DNA of 64,000 bases. Origin: Azolla caroliniana. Lineage: Eukaryota; Plantae; Polypodiophyta. The notes beneath the pieces were generated by a model. It searched no databases. It had not been told where the DNA came from and saw only the letters and a program-made list of their open reading frames with translations. The position numbers were made by a program, and so were the translations under genes. Location of the stretch: contig JBHGNT010000014.1 of the NCBI GenBank assembly GCA_043228905.1, positions 13,020,001 through 13,084,000 of the forward strand. Direction: 5' to 3'. Positions 23,216 to 35,539 of this stretch are shown here, piece after piece (the first letter of the stretch is position 1; each line of letters begins with the position of its first letter).

Positions 23216-23858
23216 CCTGGAGTGCCAAAATAATAGCGTGTTTGAGACAAATGATAGTCATACAGAATATGAGAGCTTGACCAGGCCGATTAGAGAAATC
23301 TATGAATTCAAATAGAATATAACGACCAAGGGAACTATGAATTAGAGAGGAAGACTCAAGAAATTAAGACAAAAGATAGAGAAGATGAGAAAGAGATAAG
23401 AATATTATAATATTCAACTATCCAAACCATACGAAGGGGATAAACTCCAAATTCAACTAAAAACCAAACAACTTCTTGACTTCCAATCACCTAAACACCC
23501 AAATGTCTTTCACTATTCTTCCTTAATCGTTTTTTCCTTCGACTACGCCTCCCTCTTCCACTTCTAAGACTCTATTTTCCTCTACCCAGACTTGTCCTCC
23601 TCTCCCCCTCTTTCTTTAAAGATATTACTTCTTCTTTTATAATCTTCCTCTTCTTCTTCGTTCACGCTATTTTTAGAAGCTTTTTAGCTCGGACTATTTT
23701 TAGTTAAGACACAACGACCTTACTCCAAATTTAGAGATTTAAAAAGTTACTAATAACTCTCTTTACAAGCTTTCTAACCTATAGTTAAACATGATATTTG
23801 GGTGACAAATAGAAGAGTTTTTGGGTGATCAGCTTTTTCTCTTTTTACTTTTCTCTAT

Positions 23859-26800
23859 TGTCGTGCCTTTCGACGCAAGATCTTTGCGTGAGTCGAGTGG
23901 GAGCTAGTAGGGTTTAGGACTAGGAGGTGGAAGAATTTGAGACGAGTCTAGTTATGAATAGATTATAAGAAAAAGATAAAAGAACTTGTTAATCCCACAA
24001 GTATATATAATTAGATTTATTAATATTTAGAATCCTAATAACACTTTAGCATAGATTGGAAGAGTAGATTATATAAAACTTCGTGAATCCCACGAATATA
24101 TTTTATTAATTTGTGTTTTAGGAAATATATCCAATTTCCCAAATATTTCACACACATATTACATTGTGCTCCTCATCCTTATATAGTGATGAGAGAGTCT
24201 TAACAATCCATGCTTTTTCTATAGATAGACTCTATGCCTTTTCTAAAATGTTCATGTTGCTCCGCCCGGTTACCGGTTGTCGGCTGTTGTATTTCTCCTT
24301 TACTCGCAATCCCCTCCATTTCTCTTGCTATGTCGACTTTGTCTCTCCATTTTGAGCACATCCACTCTTTCCACCTGAACCATTGTCGCCATCCAATCCA
24401 CCATATTCTTTGTTCTCTCTTTGCATTGCCATGGCCGGTTGTCATGGCTCCTTGTGATCCTCTTGAGCATAACCCTCCTTGTTTTGTGCATGTGCCATGC
24501 TTCCCACTTTGTTCACCTTTGTCATATATTCTCGTGTTAGAGTTGATAATCTTCATGTTAGAGCTCACCATTTTTGTTAAGATCTCATCGTTAATAATAC
24601 CCTTCAAATCCGCTTGGCCCTTGTCGTTTGTGGTAGTGTGCTTGTTTGGCATCTTCCTCGTGTTCACCGGCCTCGATTGCTTCGACCTCCGGTTGAGTCG
24701 AATTAGCTTCTTTTTGGATCGGTCTTGTCTGATTGGTGTTCGGTTGGATCGGCTTCCGATCGGATTCATATTTGGCCGATTCGGACTCGGTTGATCGGTT
24801 TTTACCGATTTGGCCCCCTTCCGGGTTGGTTTCGATCTATCGGTTTCGGTTTCGGTTGGTTTTCTTTTCCTCGTTTTCACTGGCCTCGACCGGTTCAACC
24901 TCCGACTAAGTCGGATTAGCTTCTTTCCGGATCAGTCTCGTCCAATCGGCTTTCGACTAGATCGGCTTCCATCCGTATTTGCATTCGGCCGAATTAGACT
25001 TGGTCGATCGGTTTTGATCGAGTCGACCCCCTTTCGGGTCAGCTTTCTTTCGGATCGGAATTCCGTTTGGATCATCCTCCATCTAAACCGGCTTCCGACT
25101 TTACCTTTCTTGCCGCCACCTCCTGTCTCTCCGGTCTCACGTTGCTTCTCAGACACAACCGCCATTATTATCCTCGTTATTATTGTTCTCCATCGTTTCA
25201 CGCATATCCACCTTCTTGGCTATCATTCCATTGTATGCATCAGCTTCGGCCTTCGTTTTCTCTCCGCCACCTTCCGTCTCTTTGGTCTCACGTTGCCTTT
25301 CGAACGCAACCGCCGAAGTCTCTAGAACTAGTGGTGGGAAAGTCTTCATATGGCCATCCGCCATTGATTCGTCCATAGCCACCTCCAATTCGATGTCATC
25401 TTTCATGACGACCTCCTCAATCAAGTCCGCCTCGCACTCTTTATCTCCCTCGATCATGCAAGCATCGATTATGCTTACCTCTTTTTCACACGATGTTTTA
25501 GATACTTGTATTCCGAAACCTTCTTCCATTCTTGAAGTGGTGGTCGCCACTCTCAAGTCATCAACCTTATCCTTGGCCGTCGTTCTTTCGCAAGATGAGA
25601 GGATGCCTTGTTCCACACCCTCTCCCGTGGTACCGTCGAATCGTACTTCGGCCTTCGTATCAGCCACATCGTTCATCCTTAATCGATCATCCCTTATAGG
25701 CCATGTTGTTGCCGACGATATTCTCATCTTCCTCTTATCATGTCTTCGGCATACTCTTTCGACTTCAACCCAATCCTTGGTAAGGCCATTTGCAACGTCA
25801 TCATCTTCGAGTTGGATCCTGATGTCCATCCTTTCTTTTTGATCGATCGATCTTACGAACATTAGGACTTTATCCCCCCTCAACAATCTTTATTCCCGCT
25901 CCGAGAGTCAAGCAAAACGATGCTCGAACTCTAGAAATGCTTGTGTTGCACTTCGTTGGGTCTTCTCCGATGCCACCCATTCGTCGAACTCGCGTCGATC
26001 TCTCGTAGTCATGTGCCTCACATAAAGCTTCTTCAAAGGATCCCCATGTTGGGTTTTATTGCCGTATCTTGTGGATTCTCTCTTGTAGCTCATTCGTGGC
26101 CACGCGACTGAAGGATATCACTTGCAATCCTTCCGGTATCCCATGTCGCATCATCGCCGCCTTGTAGTTACATAGATAACGTGACACATCCTTTCCATTG
26201 AATTGCCCGTTTCTTTGCACAAGCCGCTCTACTTCCGATTTGATCTCCGACATCAAGCGTTGTTCTTGTTGCATCCGCTCAATCATCATCATCATTATGC
26301 TCATCGCCTCTTGTTGATTGTCCATCTCCTTGCCACCCGCTTTCACGTCGGGTTCACCACTTGTGTCGTGCCTTTCGGCGCCAGATCGTTGTGTGAGTCG
26401 GGTGGGAACCACTAGGGTTTTGGTCTAAGAAGAGGAAGAGTTTGAGACGAGTCTAGTTATGAATAGATTATAAGAAAGAGATAAAAGAACTTGTGAATCC
26501 CACAAGTATATATAATTAGATTTATTAATATTTAGAATACTAATAACAATTTAGCATAGATTGGAAGAGTAGATTATATAAAACTTCGTGAATCCCGCAA
26601 ATATATTTTATTAATTGGTGTTTTAGGAAATATATCCAATTTCCCAAATATTTCACACACCTATTACATTGTGATCCTCATCCTTTTATAGTGATGAGAC
26701 AGTCTTAACAATCCATGATTTTTCTATAGATAGACTCTATGCCTTTTCTAAAGTGTTCATGCACACTAAATGTGCATGAGTTGCTTTTTACACTATGCTT

Positions 26801-27136
26801 TTATTTCCTAAATATAGTGCACGAGTAATATTTTATTGGTTTACATTTTTCTTATAAATAAAGTATTCACGTACTCTAAAAATGCATGACTTACCTTTTT
26901 AATAAAGGTAGGCGTAAATAAAGGTCTTATAAGTATTAAATCTATATTTAAAATACTAAGGATAAGTTAGTATAATGGTAGGGTTGGGGTTTGTCTATGT
27001 ATAGGTATATGGTTCAAATCTTGCTTGATGCACATAATAAATATACTTTTAATATTTTATTTTATTTATTATACGTACTTTAAATCGGATATAGTATTTT
27101 ATATATTTCACATACTGTGTGATTCACACTACGACA
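23859..27136 (-). mobile_element. Non-autonomous gypsy-like LTR element D with tRNA-Trp PBS
   Basis: TGTCGT...ACGACA termini; LTR 26364-27136 and truncated copy 23859-~24256; PBS 26342-26359 reads TTCACGTCGGGTTCACCA, matching the plant tRNA-Trp 3' end as recalled; 4-bp TSD CTAT/CTGT; gag-like remnants 25149-26330; no pol. Confidence 0.8.
24650..25100. repeat. Two diverged ~212-bp tandem units inside element D
   Basis: TTCCTCG..TTCAC.GGCCTCGA...ATTAGCTTCTTT block at ~24654 and ~24867. Confidence 0.7.
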
Positions 27137-27319
27137 CTGTGTCTCTTACTTTTAGTTTTGACTTCTTCTTAAGGTCTTGGTTCGTGTTCTTTGCCTCCAA
27201 ATGTGAATGCTCCATACCTTATATTCTTCTAATTTTCAATAGCTTGAATTTTAAAAACACTTTCACAGTTAGCCCTCCCCCTTGCTTGTTGAGGGAACCG
27301 TTTATGGTGAGCTGAAAAA

Positions 27320-28846
27320 TAAGATATCCTCACAGAGAGAGAAGCCCCCCCCGCAAATTTCCGGATGAAGAATATCTGTTGGTAACCGAGGAGGGAGAGT
27401 TGGAAAGCTTAGAGAAAGCAAAGAAAGTCGCCCACAACAGACAATCATTAAGTGCCATGCAGGATGAGATGGATTGCTTGCATGAGAACCACACACATGA
27501 ACTGACGGAGTTGCGAAGAGGAAAGAGGGTACTCCGAAATAAGTCGGTGTACAAGCTATAACCAGGAGCTGGTGGCAATCCACCCAGATATAAAGCCCCA
27601 ATTGTCATAAAAGGCCCCAAAGTGTAGATTTAGGCGAAATATTTTCCCTGGTTATGAAGATGATGTCCAAAATATTTCCAAAATGTTGAGCATAGTGGTC
27701 AGCATTGACCTTGAAGTCTAACAACTAGATGTGAAGATAACCTTTTTGCATGAAGACCTAGAAGAAGGAATCTACATGCACCAATCGGACGGATTCGTCG
27801 AGAAGGGAAAGGAGAACCTGGTGTGCCGGTTGAGGAAGAGCCTTTACGGACTCAAGCAGGCTCCCTGGCAATGGTACTAGAAGTTTGAATCCTTCATTTC
27901 CGACCAAGGCTACCACAAAATTTAGGTCGACAGAGGAGATTTCCTCATTCTCTTGCTATACGTGGATAACATGTTGATTGTCGGACGAGACCATCTGAAG
28001 ATCTGAATGTTGAAGAATGCCTTGAGCAGGTCATTCTCGATGAAAGATATGTGTCTGATAAGCCAAATCTTGGGGATGCACATAATCCAAGACCAGACAA
28101 AGAAGTTATTGTGGCTATCACAAGAAAAAAATGTGACGAAAGTGCTACAAAGGTTCGGCATGGAAAACGCGAAACCGGTCGGTTTGACACTCCCAACAAA
28201 CAGTAAGCTATCCAAGATGCAAAGTTCAAAGATGAAGACAGAGAAAGCTGAGATGATGAAGGTGTCCTATCCAATAGTCGAAGCCTAATGTACCTGATGA
28301 TATGTATTAGGCTGAACATTGGATATGCAGTCCGAGTCGTCAGCTGATTCATGAGCAATCTCGGAAAAGAGCATTGGGTTGCGGTGAAATGGATATTACG
28401 GTACCAGAGAGGCACCTCAAGCATATGTTCCCGATTCGGCTAAGGAAATCCCATGTTAGAAGGTTTCACCGACTCGGACATGTCGGCTGATGTAGATTTA
28501 AGTCAATCCATGTCTAGGTATGTCATGACTCGTGGCAATCGAGGCTGCAGAAGGCCGTGTTGAGTACATGGCAGCAGTACAAGCCGACAAGGAGATAATC
28601 AGGATGAAGGAGTTTATCAGGAGTTGGGTATTTAACAAGATGAATTCTGACTCTACTGTGACAACCAGAGTGTCATTCACCTTGTGAAGAATACGACCTA
28701 CCACTCAAGGAGAAAGCACATCCATAGGATATATCATTGGCTTTGAGAGCGAGTAGAAGAAAAGAAGTTTTCTCTGATGAAGATCCATACAACAAAGAAG
28801 GTGCTACATGCAAACAGGATAGATGCATGTCGGAGTCGGGGGAGTT
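27320..28846 (+). mobile_element. Decayed copia E, 3' part (RT/RNase H remnants, PPT)
   Basis: Matches RYPLRER/TDEGEPES/AMQDEMD, YVDNML, FTDSDMS of the intact copia; PPT GGGGGAGTT 28838-28846. Confidence 0.85.
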
Positions 28847-29345
28847 TGTTGCAAAATAGGTCCCTCCGGTCATGGCATAAAAGGCTGACTCCTTCCATTT
28901 TGTATCCTTACTAGTGTGAGCACGTCCAATAGGTAGGGCTTGAGTATATAAGCCCTAACCTAATGTTGTAATACGTGTTGCTAGTGATTTCATTCTTGTA
29001 TCTACAATTTTGTAGAGAGAGAGAACAGAAATAACGAGAGTTTCCATTAAAGCTTAAGAGCGTGTCCATCTGTTGTTTCATCTTCTTGTCTTCATTCTTT
29101 CTGTGGTGTTTGTTGAGTATAGCAAGACAGGTCTTCATACATACTTCCACACATATTAGAACACCATATCAGCACAACTGGTATCAGAGTGACCTGTTGC
29201 TGAACAAAAAAGCTGAAAGAGAAAATACCATGTTAGTGAATCACACTTCCATAAAGAACATGGCTTCAACATCCGGTATAGGAGTTGAGATCCGAAAGTT
29301 CGACGAAAAAAACTTTGCTCTATAGAAGGAGATGATGTAGGATGT

Positions 29346-30011
29346 TGTCGTGGAGAAAACCGTCCCTAGGCGGAAACCGGGTATAACGTGCGTAAACCGG
29401 CCCTTACACATGGCCACAAGTTTTGTTGTATAGTACGTAGGTAGGTACAAGTTGGCTGAGGTGAAATCCTAGGTAGCATGCATTCATTAGGGAGAAAATA
29501 GAGGCGTATCCCCGTCCGAAAGGACAGGGAATAAACATGATGTAACGGGTGGTAATGGCCTCCCTCCTTGGGCTATAAAAGAGAGGGAGAGGTATTGTAA
29601 AAGGTATCGCGTTTTGTGGAGGACGAAGTGTTGTTGGACTGGAATCGACCTCTTCTCCTCTGTCGTCTCCATAGTCGTTCTGTGCAGGTTTTCGGGAGGC
29701 TGACTCTGCTCCGTGGAACGCCTGAGTGCTTCCGACAGAGTCTCCATCTCGCGTTTTGTGCGTGTGTGTGTGCAGGCGTCGGAGCCTATGACTCGCCGAC
29801 TTGCCGGTTGTAACTCCTTGATCTATATATACATATACATTCGTTCTGTCTCCATTGTTCAGAGTTAGTTGCAATTCCTGTGAACCTGTGTGTCTATGCG
29901 CGTGTGAAGTACATCGGTAGTTTCCTTCCCCTCTTCTCATTTAGTTATTTCTCGGTCCAAGGCCCCCGTGGTCCCGCCTCGTTCTCCATGCACGCGCGTA
30001 ACAACGCGACA
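29346..30011 (+). mobile_element. Solo LTR G
   Basis: TGTCG...CGACA termini, 4-bp TSD ATGT/ACGT, TATAAAA at ~29574; removal restores copia F gag reading DV|LIIRR. Confidence 0.8.
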
Positions 30012-30593
30012 ACGTATTGATCATTCGAAGACGAGTCGAAGCCATTTGGGACAATGAATGCTTCAACGTTAGTCAACGAGTGGAGATCAATAGATGAAAT
30101 CGCTCGCTCCACTATTCGGATGCACCTAGCCGAAAACGTCTACTTTAGCATGGCAAAAGAGACAACAATGTTCTCAATATGGGAGAAGCTACAAGCAGTA
30201 TACGAGAAGAAGTCATCATCATCGAAACTGATATTGATCAAACAACTATTCAACATGTAGATGAGAGAGACTGGTCCAACCACCTCCGACATCAACACCT
30301 TCAACCGAGGGTTGTTTGAAGTCTCCTCCAAAGGGATTAACTTCGAAGAAGAAGTTAAAGCGAGTTTGCCGACGATTTGGGAGGTATTCTGCACGACATT
30401 CGCCAATAGTCGTCTGACCCTAGATCCAGATGAGACGATCGGCCAAGTCCTCACTGAGGGTATTTGGCGAAAATCAACGGTAGAAGCCCACCATTCGATC
30501 GAAAGAACAAGCCAATAGAACTGGTCAACACCATAGCTGATTGAAAATGAGGGGAGACCGACAATGGTCAAAATCGAGAACCAATCGACCAGG

Positions 30594-31110
30594 TGTCACA
30601 GACATGACAACAATTATGTCAAGATTTGAACTCTTGACCTCTTGTATTATAGTGAAGTGTTATGTTGTAACCAACATATCCAAGGACATAATCGTATTAT
30701 GTATATCTTTATAGATTATCTATTCACGTTCTAGGAGTTTTTAGAAAGTTCTAGAACTAGAAGGTTCTAGAGGGTTCTAGAATATTCTCCAAAATATTCT
30801 CAAGAATATTCTAATGTACTTCAACTCACAGTATAAACACTTGTAACCTCCTTCGTCCCTTTTGAGGGATTCAACACCAGTCATTGACACATCAATCTAA
30901 TATTCTTGTTTAGCCCCATCTTCTCTCCTTGATTTACATCTCTGTCTTTATGCTCTTGTATTGTTCCAAGCGTCTTAAGTTCCTCATCTCATAGCTCCCA
31001 AATTCCCAAGTTTCTAGCCTCATCACATAGAGTTCCACGTTCGTAACCTTATCGGTTGTAGCCTTGTCATGTGTGCTTTGTCATAGGCTAGCTTTGGTGT
31101 GTCCGTGACA
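30594..31110 (+). mobile_element. Solo LTR H (chromovirus-type)
   Basis: TGTCAC...GTGACA termini, TSD CCAGG/CCAGA, GAAnnTTC arrays 30744-30787, TATAAA 30832, TTCAAC.CCAGTC motif shared with A/B LTRs. Confidence 0.85.
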
Positions 31111-32190
31111 CCAGACAATATTTGCAACCTCTGGAGAAAAGTAAGCTACAATGTTTCCGACTACTAGTCGATAAAGAGAAAAGAGAATGGTTGGCGATCC
31201 AAGTGGAATCCAGGACGATCCGACGTGAACCAATATCTTCAGTCAGCAACCAAGTCAATGTTGTCGACACCCGATCGGGACGAATCAATGATCGGAAAGT
31301 CCTCGATAGTGCGCAAGATGCACACACGTGGTTGTTGGACTCCGGTGCCACATTTTACATAGCCCTAACATCGAATGGTTTTCGAACTATTCGGCTAAAG
31401 CGGACGACACAATCTGACTAGGCAACGAGCAAGAGTGCAAAATCGTCGGAGTAAGCGAAGTACCAATTCAATTGTCAAATGGCAACAAAATTGTCCTGCA
31501 CCAAGTCCAACATGTAGCCACATTAAAAAGGAGCCTAGTCTCCATTGGCACGTCAGCCGAAAATGGGTACAAAACGACTCTCAATGAGTCAACATGGAGG
31601 ATCAACCGAGGAAGCCTGAAGATCGAAAGTGGGCACCAACTTGTACCCATTGATAGCGATCAATCCAGAAGGGGTCATGAATGTAACCGAAACGCCCGAC
31701 CCAAACTTATGGGGTAAAAGCATGCGAGTGGAAACACTATTATAGCTAATTAGCTACTAAAATGGCCATAGCTAATTAGCTATTTGTTTAGCTAGTCTTT
31801 CTTGTGGGAAAATCAAATATTTGAAAAACTAATTTATGAAAAAACTCAAATATTTGAACTTCTGTTTCAGACGTAGTGGAACTTGGGGAATATCACCATC
31901 ATCTAAGGTCGACTTCAATGTCATCAATTTCCTGTTTAGCCTAAGTCTGATTTTGAACGCAGATGGAGTACTCAGAGCACGAACGCAGACGTAGCTCCCG
32001 CAACAGCAAAAAATCGACATTGCAGATTGAGAGCTACAACACAGAACCTGCTCGATCATCGTCCAGGTATGTTTCAGTTACAGAAACCCCAAACATTTGT
32101 TTTTTCTTTTTGACTACTGTCTGAACTTTGGTGCCGATTCATATTTCCCCAAAATCGAATAGGGCGAAGTCCTTGGAGTCCCATACAAGG

Positions 32191-35100
32191 ATGTCTCGCA
32201 AATCGGGGAGTAGCAACAGGTGTGTTTATATTACTTTTTTTGTGTTTAATCCTGTCTTTAGTGATTAGGGTTTGTGATTGAAATTTCTGATTAGGGTTTG
32301 TGATTGAAATTTCTGATTAGGGTTTTTGATTATAAATTTCTGATTAGAATTTCTGAATAGGGTTTCTGGTTACAAATTTTGATTACAAATTAGAAATTTG
32401 ATTACAAATTATGATTAGGGTTTCTGATTTGCTAAGTTAAAGATTTTGCACCATTTTTGTTGTTGTTGATTGGGGTTTTTGATTCTCACATATTCTGATT
32501 TTGCACTATTTCTGATTTCTGTAATGATATTTCAGATGGCTCGTTCCTCCGTATACGAGAGTGCTAAACTTCGCAAAATTTTGCGAGACAAAGGAGGACT
32601 TCCACAACACCTATGGTCTGTCACTCGAGGGTGTTGACCCTGCTGTCCTAAGTGATAAATTGATCAGTGATATAGACTGGATGACAGTATATACAGTGCC
32701 TAGAGTCAAAGGCAAGGTCAAGCTGAAGCATGTACGAGCCGACTTGTACGATGACTGCATGAGACTGCACCAGAAAGTTCATCAGGAGATCCCAGTCAAC
32801 AATGAGTTGTCAGTTTCATTTGCTAGAGCATTTGCATATGAGTACTGCAAAACAGCGAAGGAATCTAGAGACCCTGAAATGTATAGGGTAGCTTGGGCAG
32901 TCTATGGTGAGGCATCGGTAAAAAGATGCCGAAAGATGGGGACCTTGGCACAAAAAATAGACAGATTTTGGAGCATGGCAGTTGTTGATGCAACTGCCGA
33001 CTCCCAGCAAGACCGGGGGCATACACCACACCGACACCCAAGGAAAGCCAATGTCGATGATACAGGTGAGACATTGGTTAGCTATATGCTAAAAAATGTC
33101 CATGAAGCCTGTGAGACATTGGCATTTTTTAAGACTGATTTAGAGAAAGCCACAATGGCTTCTGCAATGGAGAGCAAAGTTACTTCTGTTGTTACAACAA
33201 TTAGAAATAAGATTCAGGTAACTATTGTTTTGCTGGTATGTGATTGTGTTATAAATAACGGGTAAAATGTGCTAATCAAGCATTATCTGGAATAGGTTGC
33301 GCAACAGGAGCTTGAATTAGAGGGGCCACTGGATCCCCAGCGTAAAATAGAACTGCAAATAGAGATCCAGGTTCTTTCAATGAACCTGGACCTTCTAGGT
33401 GTAAATACTGTTGCAGATTACAATTTGGATAAGCTTCAAGTAAGTTAACGATTCCTGAGCAAAGTTGGTGTATCTTTCAACAACAAGAATAATTAATCGG
33501 TAAATTTCTTTGTTGCGTTGAAGGAACAATACATTCATCAAGAACAGGTAGTTAGCTGCCTTAAGAAGAAGCTACATTTTGTGGAGGGAATGGTAAGGAC
33601 CAGACAAGATTTGGACCTGAACATTCTTGCTCCCTTACCAAATGAAGTAGAACCAGAAAATGATTTATTGACAGTTCAAGCACGTTGCATCGCTTGCGGG
33701 TTAGGTGTGGAGGACAAAACTGCGTCTTTGTTGGTTCACCTACAACCATGCAACCACACATACCATCTGCTTTGTTTTCAACATGCCTGTCGAATTGCTG
33801 CATTCTGTTTGGGAGATTGCAGTACAACTCTACCAAATGAGTGGAGAAAACAAACAGGTATACCATACTGTAGCTAATAAGCTTAGTCTTTTCTAATTAG
33901 CTATCCTACTAGCTAATTAGCTACTGGCAGCTAATGAGCTACTAGCTAATTAGCTATCCTAGTAGCTAATTAGCTATGGTACTAGCTAATTAGCTAGTAC
34001 CATAGTTGTGTAAAAAAGCTAAATAGCTATCCTACTAGCTAATTAGCCACTGGCAACTAATTAGCTATCCTAGTAACTAATTAGCTACTGCCATAGTTGT
34101 GTAAAGTAGCTAATAAGCTATCCTAGTAGCTAGTTAGCTATGGTACTAGCTAATTAGCTAGTACCATAGTTGTGTAAAAAAGCTAATTAGCTATCCTACT
34201 AGCTAATTAGCTACTGGCAACTAATTAGCTATCCTACTAGCTAATTAGCTATCCTACTAGCTAATTAGCTATCATAGGAGCTAATTAGCTACTGACATAG
34301 TTGTGTAAAGTAGCTAATAAGCTATCCTAGTAGCTAGTTAGCTATGGTACTAGCTAATTAGCTAGTAGCATAGTTGTGTAAAATAGCTAATTAGCTATCC
34401 TACTAGCTAATTAGCTACTTGCAACTAATTAGCTATCCTACTAGCTAATTAGCTATCATAGTAGCTAATTAGCTACTGACATAGTTGTGTAAAGTAGCTA
34501 ATAAGCTATCCTAGTAGCTAATTAGCTAATGGCAGCTAATTAGCTATCCTAGTAGCTAATTAGCTACTGGCAGCTAATTAGCTACTGGCAGCTAATTAGC
34601 TACTGGCAGCTAATTAGCTGTCCTAGTAGCTAATAAGCTATCCTAACTACTACCATAGTTGAGTAAAGTACCTAATTAGCTATCCTAACTACTACCATAG
34701 TTGAGTAAAGTACCTAATTAGCTATCATACTAGCTAATTAGCTATCGTACTAGCTAATTAGCTATCCTAGCTTCTACCATAGTTTAGTAAAGTAGCTAAT
34801 TAGCTATCCTAAATAACTGTCATGTTATTGTAGAATCTTGTGGATTAAGGACGGCACATGATGTGTCTGGTGTTGATGATGCTGCAACAGATGAGGATAC
34901 TACTGCCAATGTGGCTGAAAGTAAGAGTCCTGCTATCACATCTCCTTCAGATCAGCTGCACCCTATTCTTTTGGAACAGTGTACTGAATTAGGCAACGAT
35001 GTGAAATGCCATGAAATAGTGGAAACAACATGTAAAACTGAGGTTCACAACAACAGTGTTTATGAACACTTGATGCAACATTTCTTCGAGTCTCAAGACC

Positions 35101-35369
35101 TTGATTCCACCCCACCGAGCCCAACTACTGAAAATGTCCAAACAGATCCCTCTGTACTTGAAAAGCTAGTTCAAGAAACGGTTGATGTGCAATTAGCTGC
35201 TGAGGCGATGGGAAGGTTGTCGGAGGAGGACACACTTGCGCATTGGGTCCTAGAAGCAAGGCTAAATGGGGAACCAACCAGAAAAAGGCTGAAGAAGGGG
35301 CCACGATCGGGAACAAGACCAGTTACTCGGTCAAGGGGCCCAGACGTAGTGGAGCGAAATACTGTTTAG
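32191..35369 (+). CDS. Cargo gene 1, predicted 574 aa, coiled coil plus RING-H2-like finger; exons 32191-32219, 32536-33217, 33296-33439, 33524-33857, 34834-35369
   Basis: All four introns GT-AG and phase compatible, total 1725 nt with no internal stop; CIAC..PCNHTYHLLC..CLGDC; basic C-terminal patch RKRLKK. Confidence 0.7.
32260..32430. repeat. ~26-bp repeats containing telo-box TAGGGTTT in intron 1 of cargo gene 1
   Basis: GATTAGGGTTTGTGATTGAAATTTCT repeated with decay. Confidence 0.7.
33870..34810. repeat. Satellite of palindrome TAGCTAATTAGCTA (intron 4 of cargo gene 1)
   Basis: Dozens of ~20-bp units plus higher-order blocks containing CATAGTTGTGTAAA. Confidence 0.95.
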
Positions 35370-35539
35370 TTGGATATGATTGTTAGCTTAGGGATTTTGC
35401 TAGGGTTTTATGAAGTTTTACTATCCTGTTGGACAAGTAAAACCTCAGATTGGTTGTTGCTTGATCCACATTATGTAATGGAACTCTATGATGTTTTTCC
35501 AAGATAATTTGAAGAGTGTTGTTCTATGACTGAAACTCT

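Larger units (their letters stand above)
3647..27319 (-). mobile_element. Decayed Ty3/gypsy element C, interrupted by A, B and D
   Basis: ~1-kb repeat at ~3665-4638 recurs split as ~17960-18076 + 23221-23858 + 27141-27319; minus-strand gag zinc knuckle (17156-17728, CCQEEGHISTRC), protease DALVDSGA (5151-5624), RT/RH remnant (4846-5205). Outer ends approximate, no clean TSD. Confidence 0.75.

Noticed and set aside
24200-25378. Long overlapping Arg/Pro-rich ORFs
   Set aside because: Products of GC-rich tandem repeats within element D; no domain evidence.
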